Source of the DNA: Fistulifera solaris
Taxonomy: Eukaryota
NCBI GenBank assembly: GCA_030295235.1
Contig: AP026159.1
Coordinates: 1-64,000 of the forward strand
Direction of reading: 5' to 3'
Length of the DNA: 64,000 nt
This document shows, in pieces, positions 13,428 to 26,176 of the stretch. The translations under genes were made by a program, and so were the position numbers. Below the pieces are notes generated by a model, which had not been told where the DNA came from, ran no database searches, and was given only the letters and a program-made list of their open reading frames with translations. Each line of letters opens with the position of its first letter. Position 1 is the stretch's first letter.

Positions 13428-14071
13428 TTATTTTGATAAAATTTCACTTTTAAATAACCAAACTTTAATCCCTAATACACCATAAATTGTATTAGCTTCT
13501 TGTGTTGCGTAATCAATATCTGCACGTAATGTTTGCAGAGGAACTCTTCCTTCACGAGTCCATTCACTTCTAGCAATTTCAGCTCCATTTAAACGACCTG
13601 AAACTTGGATTTTAATACCATTTGCATTTTGTTTTTGAGCACGTTGTAAGGCTTCTCGAATTGCTCGACGGAAAGCAACACGTTTTTCTAATTGCTCAGC
13701 CACTAAATCAGCAAGAAGAGAAGCACTTAAATCAACTTTTTCTACTTCTAGAACATTAATAATTAACTGGCGATCGAAAGGCAATAAGTTTTTAATATTA
13801 CTTAGTAATTTTTCTAAACCAACTCCCAGATCACCAACTAAAATACCTGGTTTACCTGTATGAATATTTAATTGAATTTGATCATTTAAACTATTTCGAT
13901 TTATATTTACATTTGCAATACTATTAGCTTTTGAAATTTTGTGAATATAAGTTCGAATAGCATCATCCTCTTTTAAAATTTCTGCATACTGAGTTAAATT
14001 AGCGTACCAAGTTGATCTATGTTCTTGTGTAATTCCTAATCTAAACCCTAAAGGATGTGTTTTTGACCCAT
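13428..14071 (-). CDS. rps3: 30S ribosomal protein S3 (frameshift near start)
   Basis: [22 protein letters not shown]...[14 protein letters not shown]. Confidence 0.97.
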
Positions 14072-14107
14072 AGAATTAATCCTTTTAATTTATTTATTTT
14101 TAATAAT

Positions 14108-14455
14108 TTAATTGACAGCTTTCATAACTACTGTGATGTGACATGTTGGTTTCAAAATTTTATATGCTCGTCCTTGCGCACGTGGTCGAATACGTTTTAA
14201 TTTTGGACCTTCGTCAGCAAATATTTCATCAATAACTAATTTCTTTTTATCTAAACCGTAATTATGTTTTGCGTTTGCTGCTGCAGAATGAACTACTTGC
14301 CAAATGGGCCCACCAGCGTCATATGGTAAAAATTCTAAAATCATTAATGCTTCTTGATATGAACGACCTCTTATTTGGTCTAAAACTCGTCTTATCTTAT
14401 GAGGAGACATACGAATATATTTGGCTACTGCTTTAACGGATTGACTATTTGACAT
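14108..14455 (-). CDS. rpl22: 50S ribosomal protein L22
   Basis: [21 protein letters not shown]. Confidence 0.97.
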   Translation of the reverse strand: MSNSQSVKAVAKYIRMSPHKIRRVLDQIRGRSYQEALMILEFLPYDAGGPIWQVVHSAAANAKHNYGLDKKKLVIDEIFADEGPKLKRIRPRAQGRAYKILKPTCHITVVMKAVN

Positions 14456-14626
14456 AATACTTGTTTTCTAATTTATAATCTTCACTTTTAAATTAAATGA
14501 ATATCGAACTTGAAGTAGACTATTACGAAATCAAAAATTTCTAGCATTCGAAATGTGAGATATTTAGATATGTCGTATTTTGAAAATAAAACTAGAATTT
14601 TTGCAAATCTTAATAGGGGTATTAAG

Positions 14627-15111
14627 CTACCATAATGATTCTTGTTTTTTACTGGAATTCTAGTTTTATAAAAAATTGAATAGTTATGTTAGTTATTTGA
14701 TCGGATGTTTCAAAATTACCTTTCAAAAATTTATTTGATTTTGAAACGTCTTCTATATAAACTTGTCGAATCCAAATATCAAAAAATTTACAGAAAAATT
14801 ATTTTGTAGTGATAGAATGGGAGAATATAAAACTGCTAATAAATTATCTCGCTCAAATGGGGAACATTTTAAACTATATAGAATATCATCGATAGCATAA
14901 TAGATGTATTTATTTTGAAAACTATTCAAAATTAATCTGGAAGTTAACGATAATTTCTTTGGATATTTAATTTGAAATGTTTTTGATGTAATTTCATTTG
15001 ATTTGGGATATTGAAGTGGTTTTCCTTCACTTCTAGTCGATACGGTTCGTTTTTAGTTATTGAAATCTCTTCATTACACCGACATCGATTTTCATATAGA
15101 ATTCGATTCAT
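14627..15111 (-). CDS. ycf88: Diatom-specific conserved ORF Ycf88 (frameshifted)
   Basis: Reconstructed MNRILYENRCRCNEE...FQNKYIYYAIDDILY...LYSPILSLQNNFSVNFFDIWI...KQESLW*; sits between rps19 and rpl22, the usual diatom position. Confidence 0.85.
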
Positions 15112-15123
15112 CTAGGCTATTTT

Positions 15124-15401
15124 TTAACGTTTCTTTGTTTTTTATCAGCTTTTATATGTGATCTAAAGTTTTTAGTCGATACGAATTCACCTAATTTATG
15201 ACCTACTAACTGATCAGAAATAAAAATTGGCACATGTTGTTTACCATTATAAACGGCAATTGTAAATCCAACCATACTTGGTAAAATTGTAGACGAGCGT
15301 GACCAAGTTGTAATGGTATCTTTTTCCCACTTTGATTTGCTTTATTAATTTTTTCAATAAATGATAAGCAATAAACGGACTTTTTTTAATGATCTTGACA
15401 T
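15124..15401 (-). CDS. rps19: 30S ribosomal protein S19 (frameshifted)
   Basis: [14 protein letters not shown]...VGHKLGEF. Confidence 0.95.
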
Positions 15402-15434
15402 CTTAAAATATTTTCTTAGTTAATTATTTTTTAC

Positions 15435-16262
15435 TTAAGAACGACGACGAAGAATATAGGCATCACTTAATTTTTTAGTTTTGCGTGTTTTCATTCCTAA
15501 CGCTGGTTTACCCCAAGGCGTCACTGGGCGACTTCTCCCAATAGGTGTTCTTCCTTCACCACCACCATGTGGGTGATCACATGGGTTCATCACTGAACCG
15601 CGAACAGTGGGACGTTTTCCTAACCAGCGAGTTCGACCTGCTTTCCCACTTTGAACTAAAAATGCATCATTGTTACCAACTTCACCAATTGTCGCAAAAC
15701 ATTCTTTTCGGACTAAACGAATTTCTTTTGAAGGAAGTCGTAATGTAATATAATTGTTCTCCTTAGCTAAAATCTTAGCGGATGTTCCAGCTGAACGAAC
15801 AATTTGCCCGCCTTTATTTGGGATTAATTCAATATTATGAATTGATGTTCCTAATGGAATTTGTTCTAAAGGTAAACTATTACCAATACTTAAGGGAGCT
15901 TCTGGTCCTGCAAAAATTTTATCCCCTACATTTAAGTTTTTAGGATGTAAAATATATCGTTTTTCACCATCTAAATAATTAATCAATGCAATTCTTGCAT
16001 TTCTATTTGGATCATACTCAATTGAGGCTACAATTCCTTCAACTCCATATTTGTTTCTTCTAAAATCAATTAGTCGATAAAGTCTTTTATGACCACCACC
16101 GCGATGGCGTATAGTAATAACCCCGCGATTATTACGTCCTTTATTTCGTTGATTTTTTCTAATTAAAGTTTTTTCTGGTTTTGATTTAGTAATTTCACTA
16201 AACGCTGATAATGCACGATTTCTCGTGCCCGGTGTGTATGATTTGTAAAGACGAATACTCAT
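15435..16262 (-). CDS. rpl2: 50S ribosomal protein L2
   Basis: Intact 275-aa [16 protein letters not shown]. Confidence 0.98.
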   Translation of the reverse strand: MSIRLYKSYTPGTRNRALSAFSEITKSKPEKTLIRKNQRNKGRNNRGVITIRHRGGGHKRLYRLIDFRRNKYGVEGIVASIEYDPNRNARIALINYLDGEKRYILHPKNLNVGDKIFAGPEAPLSIGNSLPLEQIPLGTSIHNIELIPNKGGQIVRSAGTSAKILAKENNYITLRLPSKEIRLVRKECFATIGEVGNNDAFLVQSGKAGRTRWLGKRPTVRGSVMNPCDHPHGGGEGRTPIGRSRPVTPWGKPALGMKTRKTKKLSDAYILRRRS

Positions 16263-16284
16263 AAACTAGATTCTTTTTAATTTA

Positions 16285-16593
16285 TTAACTTTCTGTAAAT
16301 AAGTTGATTACGTCACCCTCAGATAATGTTACAATTGCTTTTTTATATTGTGGTTTCCACCCAATATATTTACCAACACGTTTCTGTTTTCTTGGAAGAC
16401 GACAAGTATTAATTTTAATCACTTTTACGTCAAATAAAGATTCAATAGCAGATTTTATGCTAGTTTTATCTGAGTAACGATCGACTATAAAACTATATTG
16501 ATTATTTTCTAGAAGTCGTGTTGCTTTGTCAGTGATTATCGGATACTTTACGATTTGCGCATTACTACGTTGAAAATCTGAAGAACTAATCAC
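16285..16593 (-). CDS. rpl23: 50S ribosomal protein L23
   Basis: PIITDKAT...YKKAIVTL. Confidence 0.96.
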   Translation of the reverse strand: MISSSDFQRSNAQIVKYPIITDKATRLLENNQYSFIVDRYSDKTSIKSAIESLFDVKVIKINTCRLPRKQKRVGKYIGWKPQYKKAIVTLSEGDVINLFTES

Positions 16594-17230
16594 AATAAAT
16601 CTCCTTTATATCATTTATTGCCAATGGTGTTAATATAATTTGTTGAGCTCTCAATAAACTCAATGTATTCAAGTGACCAGCTGAAATTAATTCAACGTTT
16701 TTAAATTTTGTGTTGCCAACTTTAAGGTAGGAGTTTTTTCGATGTAACAACTAAAATTTTTTTGATCCATTGAAATCTCACAATCTTTACAAATTTTTAA
16801 AAAGCTTTTGTTTTTGGTTCAGTAAGATCGCTCTCTAAATTGTTAATAATAACAAGTTTATTTCTTTTGTTATAAATTAAAGTTTGTAAGGCTAATCTAC
16901 GTTCTTTTTATTTACCTTTAGTTCAAACTGTCTAGGCTTCGGTCCAAAAGTTACACCACCACCTTTCCACAATGGTGAACGATTTGAACCTGCTCGTGCA
17001 CGCCCTGTACCTTTCTGACGCCAAGGTTTCCGACCACCCCCACGAACTTCGCTTCGAGTTTTAGTTGAGACAGTTCCTTGTCTTTGAGAATTAAGATGTC
17101 TTAAAAGATCTTTATGTAATAAATAATTCCCAGAAGTCTCTAAAACATTCAACTTTAATTCATCATTAAAATCTGTTTGTTTACCATAAACATTTAATGG
17201 TGTGTATGTTATAAATTTTTGAATGGTCAT
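16587..17230 (-). CDS. rpl4: 50S ribosomal protein L4 (frameshifted)
   Basis: [27 protein letters not shown]. Confidence 0.96.
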
Positions 17231-17271
17231 ACTTTCTTTTAATATATTTCTTTATTTAACTTAGGGTTAAT

Positions 17272-17893
17272 CTATTCTGAAGGAACAATACTTAATAAGT
17301 TACCTGGTTTACCAGGAACCGATCCTTTGATTACTAAAATATTTTCTTCTAGATTTACTTGGATAACTTTAAGTTTTTTATCGTTGTAACTTTATTACCT
17401 ACTTGACCAGACATTTTTTACCAGGTAAAACACGCCCTGGTGAAGTACCCATACCGATTGAACCAGGAGCTCTATGGTTTTTTGAACCATGAGTCATAGG
17501 ACCACGACTGAAATTATAACGTTTTTGAAGACCAGAAAATCCTTTACCGATACTTTTACCTTGAATATTAATTAACTGACCAGGTGAAAATGAGTTAACA
17601 TCTAAGATTTGTCCTAAATTAAATTCATTTTCTTCACTAACCCGAAATTCTTTTAAATATCTTAAAGGTTGAATATCTGACTTTTGTAAATGACCAAGTT
17701 CTGGTTGTGTTAGTGCCTTTGGTGAAACATTACCATACCCAACTTGAATTGAGTCATAGCCATCTTTCGATTTAGTTTTAACTTGAGTTACTACACACGG
17801 CCCAACTTTTAAAATTGTAACTGGAATGATATTGCCAGACTCATCAAAAATTTGAGTCATGCCAATTTTATTGCCTAATAAACCTACACTCAC
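17272..17893 (-). CDS. rpl3: 50S ribosomal protein L3 (frameshifted)
   Basis: [23 protein letters not shown]. Confidence 0.97.
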
Positions 17894-18128
17894 GGATATC
17901 CTCCATTTTTTCTATATTTATTAACGTTGCTTTTAGGAGATAATTAAAAGTTTAATAAAATAATTTAAATTAAGTTATTACTAAGCTTAGTTTATTTAAT
18001 TTATACCCTTTTGTCTACATAAGAAAAATCTAAACTATTATTAATAAATTATTACGGTAAAGTAGCGCTTATTCTATCTCGATCCTTTGTTATAATTAAA
18101 GTAGAAAGTAATAAGTTATTAAATTTAA

Positions 18129-19972
<1,844 letters not shown>

Positions 19973-20002
19973 GTTTACATCTTGTTAACTCGATTGAAAT
20001 TT

Positions 20003-20026
20003 AAAACGAATTTAATAATTCGTTTT
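20003..20026. terminator. Hairpin between convergent dnaK and groEL
   Basis: AAAACGAATT-loop-AATTCGTTTT. Confidence 0.55.
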
Positions 20027-21609
20027 AAATTTTACTATCATCCACAATGATACATTCAGTAGTTAAAATCATACTAGCGATAGATGTTGCATTCTGTAAA
20101 CCAGAACGAGTTACCTTGGCTGGATCAACAATTCCCTGTTCATACATATTTCCAAAAACATCTTTTGCTGCGTTATAACCCATTTCAAATTCTTGTTGTT
20201 GAATTTTTTCGACAATCACAGCACCATTTATACCAGCGTTTTCGGCTATTCGTTTTAATGGAGCTAAAATTGCTCGCGAAATAATCATTGCACCAATCAA
20301 TTCATCTTCTTTTAAATTATTTTTCGCCCAACTTACTAAATTTTCTGATAAATGTGCTAAAGTGGCACCTCCACCAGGTACAATTCCTTCTTCTACAGCC
20401 GCTCTAGTTGCATTTATAGCATCTTCTAGACGTAATTTTTGTCTTTCATCTCTGTTTCTGTTACTGCGCCAACTCGAATTACAGCTATACCACCTGATAA
20501 CTTGGCGATACGATCTTGTAACTTTTCTTTTCATACGCAGTATCAACAATATTTACTTGTTTTCTTAACTGTTCACAACGAACATTAATATCATTTAATG
20601 TTTCTCCATCAGCAACAATCGTTGTTGAATCTTTATTAATTATAACTCTTCGTGCTTGACCTAAAAGATTTAATTGAACATTCTCCAGACTTAAACCCGC
20701 ATCTTGCGTTACAAGTGTTCCTCCAGTTAAAATTGCAATATCTTCAAGCATTTGTTTTCGTAATTCACCAAAACCGGGTGCTCTAACTGCAACAACATTT
20801 ATAATTCCACGTAATTTATTCAAAACTAATGTTGCTAATGCTTCTTTCTCTATATCTTGAGCAATAATTAAAAGTGGTCGTTTTGTTTTAGTAATTTGTT
20901 CTAGAATTGGTAACAAATCTTGTTGGACTAAAGTAATACGTTTATCGGTTAATAATATATAGGGATTATCATAAGATACTTCCATTTTTCCGTATTTGTA
21001 ATGAAGTAAGGAGAGATAAATCCTTTTTCGAACTTCATACCTTCAGTAATTTCTAATTCCGTTGTAATTCCTTTGCCTTCTTCTAATGAAATGACCCCTT
21101 CTTTCCCAACTTTAGCTAAGGCATCAGCAATTAATAACCCTATCGTTTCGTCATTACCCGCAGAAATTGAAGCAACTTGCTGAATTGATTGAAGATCCTC
21201 AACTGGTTGAGCAAATTCATTAATTTGTGTGACTAAGTATTGTGAAGCTTTCTCCATCCCTAATTTAATAGAAATTGGATTAGCTCCTGCTGCAACGTTT
21301 TTAATCCTTCTTTAACCATTGCGTAAGCCAAAACCGTTGCCGTCGTTGTTCCGTCGCCAGCAACATCGTTTGTTTTTGAGGCAGCTTGACGAATTAATGA
21401 TACGCCAGTGTTCTCAATGTGATCGCTTAATTTAATTTCTTTTGCAATCGTGACACCATCATTCACAATTTGCGGTGAGCCATAATTTTTTCTAAAACAA
21501 CATTTCTTCCTTTTGGGCCTAACGTTACTGAAACTGCTTCAACCATTATTTCCATGCCACGCTCTAAAGCGCGACGTGCATTATCTTGATATAAAATTTT
21601 TTTTGCCAT
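20025..21609 (-). CDS. groEL: Chaperonin GroEL (frameshifted)
   Basis: [30 protein letters not shown]. Confidence 0.98.
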
Positions 21610-21845
21610 AAATAAGGTTTTAATAAATTTTCCATTAAAAATATTCAGAGTTTTAATTTAATTCAACTGATAATCATTTTGCAAGTTCAAAACTATATTC
21701 TATTAAATTTTTTCACTTTACCTCAAATCAGCACGTGGTTTTTAGTTTTTACATCAAAGCGAAATGAAATTTTTAGTTTTTCTTTTTTATTTGTTAACTC
21801 TTTACAATAAAATATTAAAAAATAAACTTTTGACAAGGAGAAAAA

Positions 21846-22511
21846 ATGTTTGATGAAATTCCAAAAGACTGTCGATATGGTTATGCACGCGTCAGCTCTA
21901 ATTCACAACAAGATAATTTTTATTTAGAAACACAAAAATAAGAATTTAAAAAACATGGAGTTCCAGAAAAAGTATTCATGTTGAAATTGGATGTGCGGTT
22001 AACTCTAGTTAAGAAAGACCTATTTTTCAAAAATTAATTGAAGAAGAGCTACAAACAAATGATTTATTATTAGTTACTAAGATTGATAGTTGTAGTCGCA
22101 ATACGCTAGAATTTTTAACATTACAAGAAAAGATGTTTAATAAATCTATTAAATTCGTCTCATTAGATCTACGATATTCTAATGATACGGCTTTTAATAA
22201 ATTGATTTTGACTAATCTTGCCGTCATTACTAGATTTGAAACTGAGCACCGAAAGAAACGGCAACGACAAGGGATAGAAGCTGCTAAAAAAACTGGTAAA
22301 TATCGCGGAGGAAAAACGATTATTACAAAAAAAGTGGTTGCACAAGTTCAAGATTTAAAAGAAAATAAAAAATTATCGGTGATTCAAATAGCAAAAATAA
22401 CAGAAAAAAAGCCAAAGTACAATTTATAAAGTTTTAAAAGAATATTTAAACTATAAACCTGCCAATCGGTTAGTTAAGACGAATCTCAAACTATTATTAA
22501 ACCTCTTCTAA
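21846..22511 (+). pseudogene. serC: Small serine recombinase (resolvase/invertase), inactivated
   Basis: AAGGAG SD; MFDEIPKDCRYGYARVSS (catalytic Ser motif), RPIFQKL, LLVTKIDSCSR (canonical DRxxR altered), RQRQGIEAAK..GKYRG, C-terminal HTH STIYKVL; in-frame TAA at 21939 and 22010 plus frameshifts. Confidence 0.9.
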
Positions 22512-22555
22512 AACCTTACAGAAGCCTCTGGAAGAGTCTTAAATTTAATACTATA

Positions 22556-24004
22556 ATGCAAGAAAAATTAAATTTCTAAGCCGAAAAGATCGATGTCAAT
22601 CGGATTTCTTTTAAATTTCAATCATTAGAACTAGAAAGTCAAAGAAAATTAGTAAACTATCTCTTTAACATTGGTTTTAATTGTTTTGCCCAATCCGGTA
22701 AGTTGATTAAATCGGAAAAGAGGACTTAAAAGTTAGTCGTACAAACAATTTTTCGGCTATTTTTGTGAAAGATGGTCCTTATGAGGATCGCACCTTGTTC
22801 TATTTTTCTGGCAAAATGCGAATCAATTTTATCAGTATGCTAAAACTAATTCAATTCATTAAACTTATTTTCCAATGCAGTTTTAAGTCGATTGAATTTA
22901 TGTCGTATCTCTGATGTACCAATTGACTGAGAAAGCGTAGAAGATTTTTTTTATTCCTATCACGCTCAATTAAAATTAAATGTGAATTATGAAAAAAAAT
23001 AAAAAGGGTCAAATCTTAAAATTAGGAAATCGTCGAAGTAGTAGATTTTCACGAATTTATATAGAATAGAATGGATTAAAATTTGACTATGAAATGAAGG
23101 GTAAGTTTATTGAACCGTATTTCAAGTATTTCATGAGTAACAGTTGGGACGAATTTGAATTTTTCTTGGCCCAGCACTTTTTTAACTATTTTGGTACTCA
23201 GCTTTTATCGATTAATTCTCCTTATCTAACATGGTTAGCAAAAAAGATCAGAGCATTACGACCTAAACCTTATCAAATTTAACTTTTAAAACCGATTACT
23301 TTGATTCTAACATTCAGGTTAAAGAACAGAAAAAATTGATTCAGTTTTTAAAGTTTTTAGTGTATGTTCGTAATCTTGATTATGATAGCGAATTCTTAGG
23401 AGCTACTCGTTATAGATGTGTTACCTTTAAACTTAATCATTTTTTAGAATTTCTTCATGGTCCCAATTATCGTTCTACCTATCAATTAAAAAAACTTCGA
23501 GATTTCTGTGACGAAATCCAAAAGGATTTTTTTGTAAGGTCATTCAATGATAAATATTTTCAAAGTTTAATATCGGTTCCCAAAGTTGAAGTTTATAAGA
23601 AACACGATTAGATAGGGAAGTTTTGGATTGTAGATGATTTATTTTATTACATTACCCTTTCTCTTTTCCCCATATGTTCGACTCTAGTTTATCGAAGTAT
23701 GAATTTTCTGTTTTGTTTGAAATTTTTAAAATGTTTTAATTGACCGACGATCGAAAAACAAATTAACATTAAAGATTTCATTGAGAATTTTCCTTCGGCA
23801 TTATCGAATCAAAATATTCGAAAAATGAAACAGATAGTTTTAGATTCTATTCAAAGTCTGGAAAACAATTAAGTAATTGAATCAAAATTTAAAGTATTCT
23901 ATAATAGAAAATTACAATCAGTTGAGAAATTGGACATTAAAAATATTTCGGAAGGATTTGTGATTTATAAAAAGTTAAACTTTTTTTTCAGTTACCTGAT
24001 TTAG
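22556..24004 (+). pseudogene. Degenerate ~480-codon diatom-plasmid-type ORF, putative rolling-circle Rep (Rep_trans-like)
   Basis: MQEKLNF*AEKIDVNRISFKFQ...YLFNIGFN; VLSRLNLC; KGQILKLGNRRSSRFSRIYIE*NGLKFDYEMKGK; many stops and frameshifts; directly downstream of the resolvase. Confidence 0.65.
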
Positions 24005-24164
24005 AGTAAGTATTTTTGACAAACTTACGGGATAAGAGTAATCGCAGGATTTGCGATCAAATTTCTTCGAGATTAGAAGAGATTCTTATTTTACCCTGTA
24101 AAATCAAGCTTTTATTTTTGAGAAGAACACATTCGATGGGAAAAAGTTTTTGAACTATCAGAAT

Positions 24165-24482
24165 AAATATCAATTATAAGCTCAACTTAGCTTTTTACTC
24201 GCATTTTCAATTCTAGAGATTGATAAAGTATTTGACGTTGAAGAATTTTTAGATCAATTTGATATTTCAAATTCAAATCTTCGAAAAGTGAGATCTTATT
24301 TGCTGCAAACTTTGGTCTTAGTTAAAGACTGCAAACTGATCGAAAACAAATTTGTTTTAGTTCTAAAAACCAATAAACTAAAAACTGTAACCCAATTGAC
24401 GACGAATTTGATTAGTATAACAAAATTGAGTCATTTTAAAGAGCTAATTAAAATAGCTCAAGAAAATAAACATTTACTATAA
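24165..24482 (+). pseudogene. Second C-terminal fragment of the same Rep-like ORF family
   Basis: KYQL*AQLSFLLAFSILEIDKVFDVEEFLDQFDISNSNLRKVR...LIENKF aligns with KYEFSVLFEIFK..IEKQINIKDFIENFPSALSNQNIRKMK...VIESKF at 23695-23890. Confidence 0.65.
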
Positions 24483-24535
24483 AAGTTGATGTTGTCTATT
24501 AGCCGTAAAAATGTGTTATGAGGATCTAGAATTTT

Positions 24536-24619
24536 TATTGATATATCAATAGTTTGTCAGTATTTTTGATAATTTCAATTATCAAAAACGGACACTTTTT
24601 AAGGTGAAATTATCAAAAA
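24536..24619. repeat. Palindrome/inverted-repeat cluster (candidate res site or origin)
   Basis: TATTGATATATCAATA palindrome at 24536-24551; TGTCAG-TA-TTTTTGATAATT-TC-AATTATCAAAAA-CGGACA at 24555-24594; GAAATTATCAAAAA at 24606-24619. Confidence 0.75.
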
Positions 24620-24720
24620 ATTAAAAAAATATTTAATTAATTAAGTTGAAAAATTTTTAATTTTACACTGTGTTGTGGTAGCTTATCAAATAGATTTTCT
24701 TTTATAATTATGAAAAACAT

Positions 24721-24834
24721 ATGAAAAACAACCCATGTTATCTTGTTCTAGCAATTGTTTTTGGATTAGTAATTGGAGGGTATTTTTCAAAGATTAGAAT
24801 TGTGTTCCTTCTTTTCATTTTATTATTACCTTAG
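24721..24834 (+). CDS. Small hydrophobic hypothetical peptide (37 aa)
   Basis: MKNNPCYLVLAIVFGLVIGGYFSKIRIVFLLFILLLP*. Confidence 0.3.
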   Translation: MKNNPCYLVLAIVFGLVIGGYFSKIRIVFLLFILLLP

Positions 24835-24885
24835 TTAATTTAATTAATTTAAAATAATTTAAACAATAATAAAATAATTTTTACT

Positions 24886-25173
24886 ATGAGAATATTTGCA
24901 CCCTTAATGAAATATATACCAGTACTTAGTTTGTGTGGTAGTTTAGCGACAACAGCTGTTAAAGTCTACAACTGCAATAGTCCGAGTTAAGCTCTATCTG
25001 TTGCAGTTAAAGGCGTGGTTATAGATTGTACCCCGCCTTATATTAAGTATCCTCTATTATGCGAGGCATTAGCGGGATGCTGTGCGGCTAATGTCGCTTA
25101 ACATGGTCATCCACTTGCTTTGACAGCAACCGCAAGCATTACGGAACTTATTATTGACTCTACTTTTAATTAG
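24886..25173 (+). pseudogene. Small Cys/Ala-rich hypothetical ORF with two in-frame stops
   Basis: Single frame MRIFAPLMKYIPVLSLCG...NSPS*ALSVAVKGVVIDCTPPYIKYPLLC...NVA*HGHPL...FN*; GC higher than flanks. Confidence 0.55.
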
Positions 25174-25457
25174 TATTTTTGAGACTTATTTAGTATAAAA
25201 ACCCAACCGAGATTATTTTAGCTTTTCTTTTCATCATAAAATACGACCATTTTAAGATTAGAATTTTATTGATGTTAGGGTTATTCCTAATCCGACTTTC
25301 AAAACCTCCTCACGGTTTTTATAGAGGCTTTAAATTGCATATTTATTATGAGATCCCTCCATAAAAATATACAATTCATTTCTAATCATCTTACTATAAA
25401 AATAGGGTTTACTTAATTCTAACTTTCTAGTAGTATATATGTAAGTAATTGTATTTT

Positions 25458-25531
25458 GGGCTTGTAGCTCAGCGGATTAGAGCACGTGGCTACGAACCAC
25501 GGTGTCAGGGGTTCGAGTCCCTTCTTGCCCA
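25458..25531 (+). tRNA. trnR: tRNA-Arg(ACG)
   Basis: Cloverleaf; anticodon loop CTACGAA. Confidence 0.96.
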
Positions 25532-25571
25532 ATACTAAGCTTTAACTGTACTAATTTATGATCATGATTCT

Positions 25572-25643
25572 TGGGGTGTCGCCAAGTGGTAAGGCTGCGG
25601 ACTTTGACTCCGCCATTCGTAGGTTCGAATCCTGCCACCCCAG
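25572..25643 (+). tRNA. trnQ: tRNA-Gln(TTG)
   Basis: Cloverleaf; anticodon loop CTTTGAC. Confidence 0.96.
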
Positions 25644-25802
25644 TTTTTAACGATTTAGACTACAGGAAAGTTTAATTCTAACATTTTAGATTGTTTTAGC
25701 TTGCTCGCTCAAAAATAAAAAAGTTGTTTTTAATCTCGATAACTTGCATAATTAAGAATAAAACAAATTTATTGTATTTATACTTTAATTAAAAATAAAA
25801 TT

Positions 25803-26150
25803 ATGGAAGCTACAATTCAGTTTATAAAAGGTCTGGATGAAAAGGTATTACCTGATGTTCGATTAACCCGGTCTGTTGATGGTAGTACTGGTACGGCTAC
25901 TTTTCGTTTCAAAAACCCGAACATTTTAGATAAAAATACGGCTAAAGAGGGTGAAATTACAGGCATGTATTTAATTGATGAAGAAGGAACATTAGAAACA
26001 CGAGATGTAAATGCTCGATTTGTTAATGGCAGACCTGAAGCAATTGAATCAATTTATATTATGAAAAGTCCAGAAGCTTGGGATAGATTTATGAGATTTA
26101 TGGAACGATACGGTAGAGCAAATGGTTTAGTCTTTACTAAAGCAAGTTAA
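25803..26150 (+). CDS. psb28: Photosystem II assembly protein Psb28
   Basis: [24 protein letters not shown]...[11 protein letters not shown]. Confidence 0.96.
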   Translation: MEATIQFIKGLDEKVLPDVRLTRSVDGSTGTATFRFKNPNILDKNTAKEGEITGMYLIDEEGTLETRDVNARFVNGRPEAIESIYIMKSPEAWDRFMRFMERYGRANGLVFTKAS

Positions 26151-26176
26151 GTAAAATAGTTTATGATAATTTTAAA

